Below are positions 12,059-22,452 of a DNA stretch of 64,000 bases, piece by piece. The notes beneath the pieces are model-generated. The model did no database searches and had not been told where the DNA came from. It saw only the letters and a program-made list of their open reading frames with translations. A program made the translations under genes and the position numbers. This stretch comes from Thermoguttaceae bacterium (GTDB taxonomy: Bacteria; Planctomycetota; Planctomycetia; Pirellulales; Thermoguttaceae). Numbering within the stretch: the stretch's first letter is position 1; each line of letters starts with the position of its first letter. The DNA lies in assembly GCA_017937685.1 (NCBI GenBank), contig JAGBDD010000238.1, positions 1,166-65,165 on the forward strand. Direction: 5' to 3'.

Positions 12059-13492
12059 ATGTCGTTAAAGTTTATCCATTGCGCCGACTTACACCTCGAC
12101 TCGCCGATGCGCGGGCTCGGAACGACCGATCCGGAAATCGCCGAAACGATTCGCGAGGCGTCGCGGCGAGCGTTCAAGCGGTTAATCGACGTTGCGCTCG
12201 AAGAAAACGTCGAGTTTGTCGTCGTCGCGGGCGACCTTTTCGACGGCGATTGGGACGACCTCGCGACCGGGCTTTGGACGATTCGCGAACTCCGCCGCCT
12301 TGAAGCGCGCCGAATCCCCGTTTTTATCTCGTTGGGAAATCACGACTTGCAAAACAAAACGCTTCCAAAGCTGACTTGGCCGAAAAACGTCAAAATTTTC
12401 AGCGCGAAAAAACCGGAAACCTTCCTTTACCCGGACGACTTGCCGCAACTCCTCGACGGCGCGAAAAAAAACAAACGCAAAACCTCGCCGACGTCCTCCG
12501 CAAGTCCGAAAAACACGTTGTTTAGCGAATCGTCGGAACCCGATTCTTCCCTTTTCGACGACGCTTCGGAACGCGTCGCGCTGACCGGACAAAGTTTCCG
12601 CGCTCAATTTTGTCCGGAGAATTTGGCGGCAAATTTCCCGTCGGCGACGCCTAACGCGTTCAATATCGGCGTTTTACATACCGACGCAAGAGGAGACGGC
12701 GCCGCGTCGCATTACGCGCCGACGAGTCTCGAAACGCTAAACGCCAAAGGGTACGATTATTGGGCGCTCGGGCACGTTCACCGCCGCCAAACGCTCCAAA
12801 CGGAGCCCGCTTGGGTCGGGTATCCGGGCGTTTTGCAGGGGCGGCACATTCGCGAACCGGAGCCGAAGGGGTTTTACGTCGTCGAAATTGAAAACGGCGC
12901 GCTCGCCGAAGCGCCGCGTTTTGTCGCCGCCGACTCGTTACGTTGGTTCGCGCTCGAACTAGATTTAACGCAAGTCGCGTCGGAAGAGGAGTTGCGCGAA
13001 CGTTTTCTCGTCGCGGCGCGGTCGATTATCGACGAAGCGGAAGAACGTTTCGCGGCGGTTCGGCTTACGCTCGTCGGGCGCGCCGAAATGCACCGCGAGT
13101 TGACACAACGTCGCGCTCGTCAAACGCTTGCCGAACCGTTCCTCGCTTGGACGCTCGAACTCGGCGACGCGTTTTGGCTCGAAGAAATCGAACTGAAAAC
13201 GACGTCGCCGCGCCCCGGAACGCTCGGCGAAACCGGGATTCTCGGAGACCTCGCCGCCGACTTCGAACGAAAAATCGCCGAACTTTCCGCTCGACTTGCC
13301 GCGTCTGAAACGCCGCAAACCGAAGAATCCCAAGCGTTAGAAGAAGCGAAACAACCGTTTGCCGACTTGGAAAAACGCGTCGGCGCTTATTGGCGGGAAC
13401 TCGGAATCGACCTCGACGACCCGGCGACGCTTCGTCGTTGGCGCGAAGAGGCCCGCGAAATTTTAATCGACGCGTTTAACGACGCCGAGTAG
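12059..13492 (+). CDS. DNA-repair exonuclease, SbcD/YhaO-type metallophosphoesterase with intact catalytic motifs
   Basis: ATG 12059 is preceded by AGGAG (12046-12050). Calcineurin-like motifs are all present: FIHCADLHLD, VVVAGDLFDGD, SLGNHD, GVLHTD, ALGHVHRRQ. The track ORF start 11984 was rejected in favour of the RBS-backed ATG. Confidence 0.85.
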   Translation: MSLKFIHCADLHLDSPMRGLGTTDPEIAETIREASRRAFKRLIDVALEENVEFVVVAGDLFDGDWDDLATGLWTIRELRRLEARRIPVFISLGNHDLQNKTLPKLTWPKNVKIFSAKKPETFLYPDDLPQLLDGAKKNKRKTSPTSSASPKNTLFSESSEPDSSLFDDASERVALTGQSFRAQFCPENLAANFPSATPNAFNIGVLHTDARGDGAASHYAPTSLETLNAKGYDYWALGHVHRRQTLQTEPAWVGYPGVLQGRHIREPEPKGFYVVEIENGALAEAPRFVAADSLRWFALELDLTQVASEEELRERFLVAARSIIDEAEERFAAVRLTLVGRAEMHRELTQRRARQTLAEPFLAWTLELGDAFWLEEIELKTTSPRPGTLGETGILGDLAADFERKIAELSARLAASETPQTEESQALEEAKQPFADLEKRVGAYWRELGIDLDDPATLRRWREEAREILIDAFNDAE

Positions 13493-13523
13493 CGCCGCTT
13501 CCGTCTTTTCCCCGACGCAACGA

Positions 13524-13566
13524 CAAAAAAACGCGACCGAAGTTCGCCTCGGTCGCGCTTTTTTAT
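13524..13566. terminator. Bidirectional intrinsic terminator
   Basis: AAAAAAA, then CGCGACCGA (13532-13540), 8-nt loop, TCGGTCGCG (13549-13557), then CTTTTTTAT. It sits between the convergent genes ending at 13492 and 13590. Confidence 0.75.
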
Positions 13567-13589
13567 TTACGCTTGTTCAACGCAACTCG

Positions 13590-15611
13590 TTATTTTGCGT
13601 CGGTTTGCCAAATGAACTCAAACGCGAGCGGAGCCGATTCGCGCCAATATTTCCAGTTGTGCGCCCCGTCGCGGACGCGGTATTCGCAGGCGACGCCCGC
13701 CGCTTTCGCTTCGTTGTGGAACGCGTGCGCGCCCGGCGTCAAATAATCGTCGTCGCCGCAGTCAAGACAGAATCGAATCGACTTTTTCGCGTCGTCCGAC
13801 AACTTCTTAACGAGCGTATGCGGGTCGTTCGCAAAGAAATAATCGTCGAGCCGCTCCGCGTTTTCGTCGACGGAAGCCGCTTTGCGATAACGACTTATAA
13901 ACTCTTTAAACGGAGCCGCCGCAACCTCTTCTTGCGTCCGAATCGCCGGACTCATCGCGAAGCAAGCGCTAAACATATCGGGACGTCGCAACGCGTAAAG
14001 GAGCGAGCCGTACCCGCCCATCGAAAGTCCGGCGATCGAGCGGTTTTCCTTGCCGGTTTTGCAGCGATAAAACGTTTCGATCGCGGGAATTAGCTCGTCG
14101 AAGAAAAACGTTTCGTACTTGCACGAATCGTCGGCGCTGTCGCGGTACCAGCAACTTTGCGCGTCCGGCATAACGATGATCGCTTTTTTCGTCGGATTTT
14201 TCGCAAACCATTCGTCCGCAATCTTTTGGATGTTTCCTTGCTTCGGATCGCTCCAATTTTTCTCGTTCCCGCCCATCCCGTGCAGGAGGTAAAGAACCGG
14301 GTACGAGAACGACGTCGTGCGGTACTCGTTCGGAAGATAAATCCTGCACTTGACTTCGCGTTTAAGCGCTTCGCTGTAAAGGACTTGCTCGCGCACTTCG
14401 CTGCCGGACGTTCCCTCTTTCGGTTGAAGCGATTTCTCGGTTTCGCGCAGTTTCGCGACGGCGTCGGCATTTTCCGGAAGCGCTTCATTTCGCAGCGCCG
14501 GAAGTAAAATATCGTAAAGCGTATTCAGTTGCCCTTGATAGTCGTTTCCGTCGGAAGTCATTGCAACGACGACGTTTTGGTCGGGCATAACGACGCAGAA
14601 TTGGACGTAGGCGCCGTCGCCGCGATAGATATTTTTGCGGCAACGCCAAAATTGGAAGCAGTACCCCTGCGCCCAGTCGCTGTCCGGGTTCGAGCCGTTC
14701 GACACTTTGTAGCTCGTCGCCAAATCGACCCAATCGGCGCTCAAAATTTGCTTGTCGTTCCAGCGACCGCGTTGGAGGTAAAGTTGGCCGAACTTCGCAA
14801 TATCCTCGGTGCGCAAGTACAGCCCGGTTCCGCCTTTAGTAATACCTTCCGGCGACTTTTCCCAATACGGCGTTTCAATATGTAGCGGCTTAAAAAGACG
14901 CGGAACAAGGTAATCGCGGGTCGTTTCGCCGACCGTTTTTTGAAGCGCCGCCGACAACATATACGTTCCCGGCGTGTTGTAGCGAAAATGCGTTCCGGGT
15001 TCGCGCGGAACCGGGTGCGCCAAAAACGCTTGAACCCAAGTCGGCTCGCCCGGTTTTATGTATTGCTTTTCGAGTCCGTAAGTCGCTCGAACCATATTTG
15101 GCAGCGAGACTTCCGTTTCGTGTCCGCAACTCATCGACAGGAGGTCGGCGAGCGTCATTTTCTTCAGATTTTCGGACGGCTCGGCGGGCAGATCGTCCGG
15201 GAAAATATCGACGACTTTTTGGTCGATACTCAACTTGCCCTCTTGAACCGCGAAGCCGATCGCCGTCGAAGTGAAACTCTTGCTCAGCGAATACATCGCG
15301 TGCGGAGCGTCGGCCGAGTTCGGCGCGCGCCAACATTCGGCGATCACCTTGCCGTCGCGCAACACCATTAAACTGTCCATTCGATTAAACTTAGCGTCGA
15401 GCGTTTGAATCAGCTCGACCAACGCTTGCGACGGAACGCCGACCGATTCCGGGGTCGTTCGCGGAAGCGCGCCGTTTTCGTCGAGGTTTTGCGTCGGATT
15501 GCAAGTCGCGACGCCGACCGACGTTGCGTCTTGCGCGCTAACAAACGCCGGGCTTAAAACGAGCGTTCCGAGTAGAAGCGCCGTCGAAAAAAGATTAAAA
15601 AAACGTTTCAT
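13590..15611 (-). CDS. Secreted fusion protein: N-terminal serine hydrolase (beta-lactamase/PBP-like fold) plus C-terminal esterase-D/CE1-like alpha/beta hydrolase
   Basis: Signal peptide MKRFFNLFSTALLLGTLVLSPAFVSAQ. SxxK motif YSLSKSF in the N-terminal half. In the C-terminal half, YPVLYLLHGMGGNEKNW and the nucleophile elbow GLSMGGYGS. Confidence 0.8.
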   Translation of the reverse strand: MKRFFNLFSTALLLGTLVLSPAFVSAQDATSVGVATCNPTQNLDENGALPRTTPESVGVPSQALVELIQTLDAKFNRMDSLMVLRDGKVIAECWRAPNSADAPHAMYSLSKSFTSTAIGFAVQEGKLSIDQKVVDIFPDDLPAEPSENLKKMTLADLLSMSCGHETEVSLPNMVRATYGLEKQYIKPGEPTWVQAFLAHPVPREPGTHFRYNTPGTYMLSAALQKTVGETTRDYLVPRLFKPLHIETPYWEKSPEGITKGGTGLYLRTEDIAKFGQLYLQRGRWNDKQILSADWVDLATSYKVSNGSNPDSDWAQGYCFQFWRCRKNIYRGDGAYVQFCVVMPDQNVVVAMTSDGNDYQGQLNTLYDILLPALRNEALPENADAVAKLRETEKSLQPKEGTSGSEVREQVLYSEALKREVKCRIYLPNEYRTTSFSYPVLYLLHGMGGNEKNWSDPKQGNIQKIADEWFAKNPTKKAIIVMPDAQSCWYRDSADDSCKYETFFFDELIPAIETFYRCKTGKENRSIAGLSMGGYGSLLYALRRPDMFSACFAMSPAIRTQEEVAAAPFKEFISRYRKAASVDENAERLDDYFFANDPHTLVKKLSDDAKKSIRFCLDCGDDDYLTPGAHAFHNEAKAAGVACEYRVRDGAHNWKYWRESAPLAFEFIWQTDAK

Positions 15612-15684
15612 CGTTAAAACGCAACTCCTTGCGCGGTCGACGGTTGCGAATCGTCGGAACGCGTCGTTAAAGGGTCGTTTCGAT

Positions 15685-15720
15685 TAAAAAATCGCCGCCT
15701 TTAATTAATAACGGCGGCGC
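15685..15720 (-). terminator. Intrinsic terminator downstream of the GH78 gene
   Basis: On the minus strand: CGCCGCC, 13-nt loop, GGCGGCG, then ATTTTTTA (plus-strand stems at 15693-15699 and 15713-15719). A 9-bp hairpin CTCGACGCG...CGCGTCGAG precedes it. Confidence 0.6.
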
Positions 15721-15798
15721 TTGAAAAGAAAACGCGGCGCCGCTCGACGCGCCCTCGTCAAAGCACGCGTCGAGAAACGCCGTCGCTAAATCCAGTCG

Positions 15799-18564
15799 TT
15801 ACTTGCTTTCCTTAAAGAAGAACGAACCGGACGGAACTTCGAAGACGGCGAAACCGTCGACGTCGCCGACGAACTTCGCGCCGCGCGGCGCTTCGATCTT
15901 GCCGTTTTCCAACGACTTAGGAACGTAAACCGTCGCCGACGCGTTCGGCGGAACGACGACCGAAAGCTCGAACCCGGTCGGCTTCTTTTCCCAACTCGAC
16001 TTGATTTCGCCGACAATGGAACGGTAAGCGCCCTTGGCGAAGGTCAAATCGGTCGCGTCGGCTTTCGGCGGACGAATCGTAAACTTCTTAAACGCGACAA
16101 CTTCCGCGTCGCGCTGAATCCCGAGAACGTTCGAAACGTACCAAGCAACCGGATAGAGATACGAGCTGTGCAAAAGCGAGTGGCCCGGACGGTCGAGTTC
16201 CCACGCTTCCCAATACGTCGTCGCGTCGTGCTTGCGCATAAAGCCCCAACTCGGGTACTCCGTTTGCTTTAGCGTCGAATAAATCAGGTCGTCGCGGTTG
16301 TTGTAACGAAGGTAGCGGTAAAGGAGCCCGCCCCCGGTGATACCCGCGCCGATGTGCCCCTTGGAGTCGACGTAAATCGCTTTTTCGAGCCGTTTAACGA
16401 CGCGTTCGGCGTCGGCGTCGGTCGGCGCGATCTCGGTCAGAAGAGCCAGCCCCAAAATCGCTTGCGCGTCGTCGAAGTAGGAGCCTTCCTCCGGCTTGAA
16501 GTACTTGGCGTTAATCGCTTTACGAGCGGCTTCCGCTTTCGCTTCCCACTCCGCGGCGCGCTCTTCTTTCCCAATGACGCGAGCGATTTGCGCGGCGGTT
16601 TTCAGGTTGAAAACGCGATAAATGTTGTTTAAACACAACGCTTGCGGCGTGTGGGAGTTCGGGCCGTCCGGCGCGCCCGGCCAGAGCCAGTCGCCGAGGA
16701 AACGCCACTCGTCGCCGTAACGTTTCAGCAAGTCGTTTTCGACGTGCAAGTCGAGGAACGCCAACCACTTCTCGATCGTTTCGAAGTTTTCTTCAAGGAT
16801 TCGCGTATCGCCGTATTGCAGGTAATACGTCCAAGGGAGGGTGATAACGATACCGCCCCACGACGGCCCGCCGCCGCCCCAATACGTCGGCGCGGTGCAG
16901 GGCAAACAACCGTCCGCGTAGTCTTTTTGGCAGTCGCGCCAGTCTTCCAACCACTTATAATAGAAGGCTTCGAGCGCGTAGTTGTACATGCCGGACTCCG
17001 ACGTGGCGTGCGCGTCGCCGCCGTATCCCATCCGCTCGCGTTGCGGACAGTCGACGACGTAACCGCCGACCGACAGATTCTCGAACGTCCAAGTTCCGAC
17101 GTTGTAAATCCAGTTTTGAAGGTCGTTAGACGTTTCAAAATCGGCCGCGTCGGCGTAACCGGTGCGAACGTGCCAACCTCTAACGTCTTCCAACTTCGGC
17201 GCTTCGGTCAAACCGCGAACGGTAATCCAACGTCCGGAACTGTAATTGAAGCGGTTTTTGTAGCCCCCTTCGCCGCTCGGGCCGATAACGTAAACGCTGT
17301 TGAGACCGAATGTTCGCGCGTCTTGGTTGCGCTCCGAATATTCAAAAGCGATTTCCGTTCCGGGTTTCCCCTTCACTTTAAATTCCGTCCAACCGGCGAA
17401 GTTGACGCCCATATCAACGCGCCACACCTTGTCGCCTTTCGCTTCAATTTTGACCGGTTTGATCTCGGCGCCGAGGATATTCCGTTCGGTCGCTTGCGCG
17501 CTAAGTTCAAGTTTCGGCGCAAATTCCGTCGCGTTCTTCCAAGCGGAATCGTCGAAATCGGCCTTGTTCCAATCGGCGTTTTCGAGGTTCGCGTCGTAGC
17601 GTTCGCCGCCGAAACGGTGGAAGTTCCATTCGCCGATCAACGAGTTGGGACTCTTAGCCCATTTCCAAGTTTTGTCGGTGGCAACTCGAATCGACGTCCC
17701 GTCGCCAAAACGCAAATCCGCTTGCGCGATAACGATAGGAGTCTTCGGTTTATCCGGCGTCGCATATTCGGAATAGACCGACCAAGAGTTCCCAAGCCAA
17801 AGCGCGACGACGTTTTTCCCCTTGCGCAGGAACGGTTTAAGGTCGTAAGCGAGGTAACGGGCGCGGTATTTGTGGTTCGAGACGTTCGGCGCCAAGACCG
17901 ACTCCTTATCGACTTGTTCGCCGTTGACGTAAACCTCGTGATAACCGACGCTTGCAACGAACATAACGGCGCGTTCCGGAACCGAGTCGAGTTCGAACGT
18001 TTTGCGCAGCCAAGGGTCGTTGCGCGTTCCGGTTTTCGGGTCGAGCGTCGTCGTTTCGAGAACGCCCTTTTTATCGACCGGAATTTCGCCCGCGCCAATC
18101 CACTTCGCCGACCACTCGGACGCGTCGAAAAGCCCGGTCGTCCAAGTCGCGACCGCCGACTTTTCCGACATAACCCCGTCTTGATCCTTGACTTGCGCCG
18201 TCCAATAATACGTCGTATCGGATTTCAGCGCGGCGCCGTTAAATTCGATCGGCGTCGAACGGTCGGACTCGACCCAACCGCTGTCCCAAACCTTTCCGGC
18301 GCCGGCTTTCGCGTCCGCCTCGGTTGCGTCGACTCGAACGCGGTAAGCCGTTTGCGCAAGGCCGATTAAGTCGGCGTCTTTCGTTTCAAGAATCCAACCG
18401 AAACGCGGTTTTTCGGCGTCGAGCCCGGTCGGATTCGTCAAATATTCGCAACGCAAATTCGTCGGAACGAGCGGCGAAACGTCGTCCGCGCGACTCGTCG
18501 ACGTCCAAAACGTCGCGCCGACAAGCGCCGCCAAAAACGCGGCGCTCCAAAGCGTTTTTTTCAT
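15799..18564 (-). CDS. Alpha-L-rhamnosidase, glycoside hydrolase family 78
   Basis: Signal peptide, then LRCEYLTNPTGLDAEKPRFGWILE (the typical GH78 N-terminal domain start). Six-hairpin catalytic region contains DCPQRERMGYGGDAHATSE. 921 aa. Confidence 0.9.
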   Translation of the reverse strand: MKKTLWSAAFLAALVGATFWTSTSRADDVSPLVPTNLRCEYLTNPTGLDAEKPRFGWILETKDADLIGLAQTAYRVRVDATEADAKAGAGKVWDSGWVESDRSTPIEFNGAALKSDTTYYWTAQVKDQDGVMSEKSAVATWTTGLFDASEWSAKWIGAGEIPVDKKGVLETTTLDPKTGTRNDPWLRKTFELDSVPERAVMFVASVGYHEVYVNGEQVDKESVLAPNVSNHKYRARYLAYDLKPFLRKGKNVVALWLGNSWSVYSEYATPDKPKTPIVIAQADLRFGDGTSIRVATDKTWKWAKSPNSLIGEWNFHRFGGERYDANLENADWNKADFDDSAWKNATEFAPKLELSAQATERNILGAEIKPVKIEAKGDKVWRVDMGVNFAGWTEFKVKGKPGTEIAFEYSERNQDARTFGLNSVYVIGPSGEGGYKNRFNYSSGRWITVRGLTEAPKLEDVRGWHVRTGYADAADFETSNDLQNWIYNVGTWTFENLSVGGYVVDCPQRERMGYGGDAHATSESGMYNYALEAFYYKWLEDWRDCQKDYADGCLPCTAPTYWGGGGPSWGGIVITLPWTYYLQYGDTRILEENFETIEKWLAFLDLHVENDLLKRYGDEWRFLGDWLWPGAPDGPNSHTPQALCLNNIYRVFNLKTAAQIARVIGKEERAAEWEAKAEAARKAINAKYFKPEEGSYFDDAQAILGLALLTEIAPTDADAERVVKRLEKAIYVDSKGHIGAGITGGGLLYRYLRYNNRDDLIYSTLKQTEYPSWGFMRKHDATTYWEAWELDRPGHSLLHSSYLYPVAWYVSNVLGIQRDAEVVAFKKFTIRPPKADATDLTFAKGAYRSIVGEIKSSWEKKPTGFELSVVVPPNASATVYVPKSLENGKIEAPRGAKFVGDVDGFAVFEVPSGSFFFKESK

Positions 18565-18723
18565 CGCAATCCCTCTATTTCTAAGAGTTAAATCTAAGCG
18601 TCGTCTCGTCTTTGCGACAATTCGACGCGAAAATATCTTTTATCATTCGCCGTTTTACGACTCGGCGCCGTTCGTTTTTTTACTCGCCCAACGCCGCGTC
18701 TTAACCCGTTGCAACGTCGACCG

Positions 18724-21700
18724 TTAGCGCGCCGACGTCGAAACCGTTACCGGGCCGATCAAGCCGGAGCGTTTCAGCGGCGATTTCGCGTTGTAACTAT
18801 TGACCGGACACCAAGTTTTGCGTTCCGCTTCCGGCAACGCCGCGTCGCCGATCAGGCGGTTGACCCAGCAGTTGACGACTTCGATTTCGACGTCGTTTTT
18901 ACCTTCGCGCGCAAAACGAGTAATATCAAGACGATACGGAGCCGTCCAAACGCCGCCGACGTATTCGCCGTTGACTTTCACCTTCGCCATCTCCGAAACG
19001 GCGCCGAGCGACAAGAAGACGCGCTCGCCTTCCGCGACCTTGGGAAGTTCGCAAGTCGTTTTATAAACGGCGGTTCCGGAATAATGCTTAATCGCCGCGT
19101 CGGTCGATTGCGTCCAGTCGATCAGTTTGTCGAAAACGACCGGGTCTTTCGGGCCGCGCGCGATTTCGCCGGAATCGAAGGAGACCGTCCAAGGTCCGGC
19201 AAGCGTCGCGATTTCCTTCGTTTCGTCGGCTTTCGCTTCGCCGGAAGTCGTTCCCTTAGCGTCGGTTGCGAAAACAACGAAAACGCTTTCTTGCGGCGCG
19301 AAGTCAAGCGTCGCGGTCGTGCGCCCGTTTTCCGAACGCCAAGCGTCGACGCTAATCGTTTCGCCGGTCGCCGGGAGCCAAATTTCGGGCGTTTTTCCGT
19401 CGACGCGGAAGGTAATTTCGACGTTTTCAAGCGTCTTATCCGATTGATTCGCAAGGAAATAGACGTCCGCGTCTTTCATTGCGCGACGGTTGTAAACGAG
19501 CGGCGTTCCGGCGGGTATTTCGCAGTCCGGCGCGCATTTGAGTTCGGCGAACACTTCGTCGAGCGTCAAGCCCCAAGCGATCGTTCCTTTGCCGAACTTC
19601 CGCGATTTCACCGACTTACCGTCGACGTCGCCCCAAAGTTCGTCCGCCAGCTTTTTCACGTCGGCGTCGGCTTGCGGCTGATTTTGCAAACTCGGCGAGC
19701 GCAACGGTTTCGGCCCGAGAACGTAAGCGCCGTCCGCGACAAGGCGCTTGATCTTCGCGAGCAATTCCGGACGCATCGTTTCGAGTTTCGGCAACACGAG
19801 GACTTTGTAAGTTGTTCCGTGCGGCAAGGTTAACTCGCCGTTTTCGTTAACGCTCGTCGTTTCGCGCAACACTTCGGCGTTGATAAAGTCGAACTGGCGG
19901 CCCGCCGGGAGCGCCGGGTCGACCGCGCCCATCATCTTCGGCGCGTCTTCGCCGATGAAGTAAGCGACGTCCGCGACGTTTAACCCCTGTTGCAACATAT
20001 AGTTGCAGCGTTTCAGGTAGTCGACGTAAAGGTCGAGTTGCTTGAACCAAGTGTTGTGGCGATTGAACTCGTTGCCAAACCAAGCGTTAAAGCCCGGAAC
20101 GCGTTCGTCCGGCTGCATAACGTAAAGGTGCAGCAGCGTGTTGTTGATCCCCTGCGAGAAGAAGAGGTCGGTGCGTTTCTTCATATTGACCGGGCTGCGA
20201 CCGTAAGGGTTGCCCGCGCACGTGTTAGACTCGGCCCAAATCTTTGTTTTGCCGTAAATGTGCCCGCACGACGCCGCGAGACGGTTCTCGACGTCGCCGA
20301 GCGTTCCTTCGCTCCAATATTCGCCGGCGATTTCGTTCGATTGACCGCCGTATTGCAGGAACTCGCCCGGGAAACCCCAGTGCCCGTAACATTCGAGCCA
20401 GGTTCGTTTTCCCTTCGCCATACTCGCGTCGCGCAACCCGCCGACGTAAGAGTAAGCGACCTCGTCCGCGATAAAGCGTCGCACGTCCCAAAGAAAGCGG
20501 TCGGACGTTTCTTGGTCTTTCACAACCGTCCCAAAATAAACGGGTAAGAACGGCGTCGGATTGTAACCAAACGACTTCTCGAACTTCGCGGCGAAATCGT
20601 CGGTGAAGTTTTGCCCGCCGACTTCGTAACTGTCGAGAACGATCGTCGAGAACGACTTGCCGTCTTCCGGACCGAGCGTGTCGATCAGCTTGCTCATATA
20701 AGCGTCGAAGTGTTCTAAGACGCGCTCTTTGCTCATCTTATCGACTTCGTACCCGGTCGCTTCCGGGACGGCGGGCGCGTTCGTCGTTCCGGTCGGCGTT
20801 ACGCCGTATCGCTCGACGATCCATTCGCCTTCCGGGACGTCCCAAGTCAATACGCCGTCGGCGCTTAGCTTGTCGGTCAAGTCGACGACTTTGGTCGGGT
20901 CGACGGCGAGCGACGCGTCGTCGATTTCCGGCGACGGCGCCCATTGGTATTCCGTCCACATCGGCTGCGGCGTCTCGTGCATCTTCGCGAGCGTTTTGTC
21001 GTAAACGGCGGCGACTTTCGGCGCGGCGCTCAGTTCGACCGACGCGATTCCGGCGCCGTTGCGGTCGCTCGTTACAACCAGTTGAAATTCGGTCGCTTGC
21101 GTCGCTTCGAAAGCGGCGGTAACCGGCGCGTAAGGCATAAAGCCGACGTTAATTTCCGGGTTGTAACGGCTGATTTTGAACTCGCAAATTTTCTTCGATT
21201 CGCCGTCGATTTTCGCGAAAAGCTCGGCCTTTCCGGCGATCGGGCTTTCTTTGAAGTCGAGACGAACGGCGCGCGCGGTAAACGGTTGCTCCGACTTGAT
21301 TTCGATCGTCGCCGGTTTGTTCGCTTGCAGTTCGTAAAAGCCTTTTTCCGGCTTGCTAACGAGCGTCGCGGAGTAATCTTTCGGCGCCGGGTACGCAAGG
21401 ACGCGAACGTCTTGGTACTCGTCCTTTTTCTTGCTTCTAAATTCCGGTTTCGGCAACGCTTGCGCGAATTTCGCCGGGCCTTTAACGACCGTTTTGCTCG
21501 ACGTTAAGTAACGCATCGCTTGCTCGTGTTTGACCCAAGGCCCGCCCGATTGGCTCCACCCCGGCGAGTTGAAAATTCCCATCTCGACGTCGAGTTCGGA
21601 CGCGGTCTTAAACGCCGCTCGCACCGTCGCGTACCATTCCGGACTGAACGTGCGCACCGGCCCGCGCGGCACGTTGTCGACGCCGATGTCGCCGATGTAC

Positions 21701-22032
21701 GCCCGGTCGATCCCGACCGATTTCATCGCGGTTACGTCCTTAACGGCGCCCTCGGGCGAGAGATTGCCGGAAAGCCAGTACCAATACGCGCCGGTACGGA
21801 CGGCTCCTTCCGGATTTTGGAAGGTTTTCAAGAGTTCGGCGCGCGCCGGATTCGTCGGAAGTTGGTTCGTTTCCGGCGGCATCGGTCGGGAAAACGTTAG
21901 ACTGTTCGCACGTTCCTGCGCCCAAGCGCCGTCCGAGATATACGCGACGAGAGCGCCGGTCGCCGTCGCGCCGAGAAGCGCCGCGCCGAAAATCGCGTCC
22001 CAAAGAATGCGCCGTCGTTTTTGCTTCAACAT
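18724..22032 (-). CDS. Large secreted glycoside hydrolase, GH106-like (putative alpha-L-rhamnosidase) with C-terminal galactose-binding-like jelly roll
   Basis: 1102 aa. N-terminal membrane anchor or signal, RTGAYWYWLSGNLSPEGAVKDVTAMKSVGIDRAYIGDIG near the N-terminus, and a C-terminal GKNDVEIEVVNCWVNRLIGD sugar-binding-type module. The family assignment is from memory of similar Bacteroides and planctomycete proteins and is less certain than the CDS call. Confidence 0.6.
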   Translation of the reverse strand: MLKQKRRRILWDAIFGAALLGATATGALVAYISDGAWAQERANSLTFSRPMPPETNQLPTNPARAELLKTFQNPEGAVRTGAYWYWLSGNLSPEGAVKDVTAMKSVGIDRAYIGDIGVDNVPRGPVRTFSPEWYATVRAAFKTASELDVEMGIFNSPGWSQSGGPWVKHEQAMRYLTSSKTVVKGPAKFAQALPKPEFRSKKKDEYQDVRVLAYPAPKDYSATLVSKPEKGFYELQANKPATIEIKSEQPFTARAVRLDFKESPIAGKAELFAKIDGESKKICEFKISRYNPEINVGFMPYAPVTAAFEATQATEFQLVVTSDRNGAGIASVELSAAPKVAAVYDKTLAKMHETPQPMWTEYQWAPSPEIDDASLAVDPTKVVDLTDKLSADGVLTWDVPEGEWIVERYGVTPTGTTNAPAVPEATGYEVDKMSKERVLEHFDAYMSKLIDTLGPEDGKSFSTIVLDSYEVGGQNFTDDFAAKFEKSFGYNPTPFLPVYFGTVVKDQETSDRFLWDVRRFIADEVAYSYVGGLRDASMAKGKRTWLECYGHWGFPGEFLQYGGQSNEIAGEYWSEGTLGDVENRLAASCGHIYGKTKIWAESNTCAGNPYGRSPVNMKKRTDLFFSQGINNTLLHLYVMQPDERVPGFNAWFGNEFNRHNTWFKQLDLYVDYLKRCNYMLQQGLNVADVAYFIGEDAPKMMGAVDPALPAGRQFDFINAEVLRETTSVNENGELTLPHGTTYKVLVLPKLETMRPELLAKIKRLVADGAYVLGPKPLRSPSLQNQPQADADVKKLADELWGDVDGKSVKSRKFGKGTIAWGLTLDEVFAELKCAPDCEIPAGTPLVYNRRAMKDADVYFLANQSDKTLENVEITFRVDGKTPEIWLPATGETISVDAWRSENGRTTATLDFAPQESVFVVFATDAKGTTSGEAKADETKEIATLAGPWTVSFDSGEIARGPKDPVVFDKLIDWTQSTDAAIKHYSGTAVYKTTCELPKVAEGERVFLSLGAVSEMAKVKVNGEYVGGVWTAPYRLDITRFAREGKNDVEIEVVNCWVNRLIGDAALPEAERKTWCPVNSYNAKSPLKRSGLIGPVTVSTSAR

Positions 22033-22359
22033 ATAAACGTCCTTTCTTAAACGTTTTCCGTCGTTGGCGACGCAAACGCGCGCTCCGACCGACCGAAAAT
22101 CGAAAATCTAAACAAAAAGGATAAAACGGATAAGACGCGCCGACTTTAACGTTTCAAACAACGCAAACCTCAAAATTTAGCGTCGACGGCGCCGTTAAAC
22201 CGTCATTATACCAGACGCGACGCCGCGGCGTCCAGCGTTTTTTCGAAAAATTCCGCAAAAAATTTCTTTGCGGACTCGCGTTCGCCGCCTTTCGACGCGA
22301 AACGCCGCCGCGTTCGGAAAATTTTCCTCGCAAAAAAAGTTGCGCGCCCAAAAAAGCGA

Positions 22360-22387
22360 TTGACTCCCCCCGCGCCCTCCGTATAAT
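22360..22387 (+). promoter_or_regulatory. Sigma70-like promoter candidate (TTGACT-16 nt-TATAAT)
   Basis: -35 TTGACT at 22360-22365 and -10 TATAAT at 22382-22387, about 65 nt upstream of ATG 22453 (RBS TAGGAG). Confidence 0.45.
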
Positions 22388-22452
22388 ATAAAGGGGCGAT
22401 TTCTGTCTCGACGCCGCCCTTGCCGTTTATTTTTCCCGCGTAGGAGCCTAAA

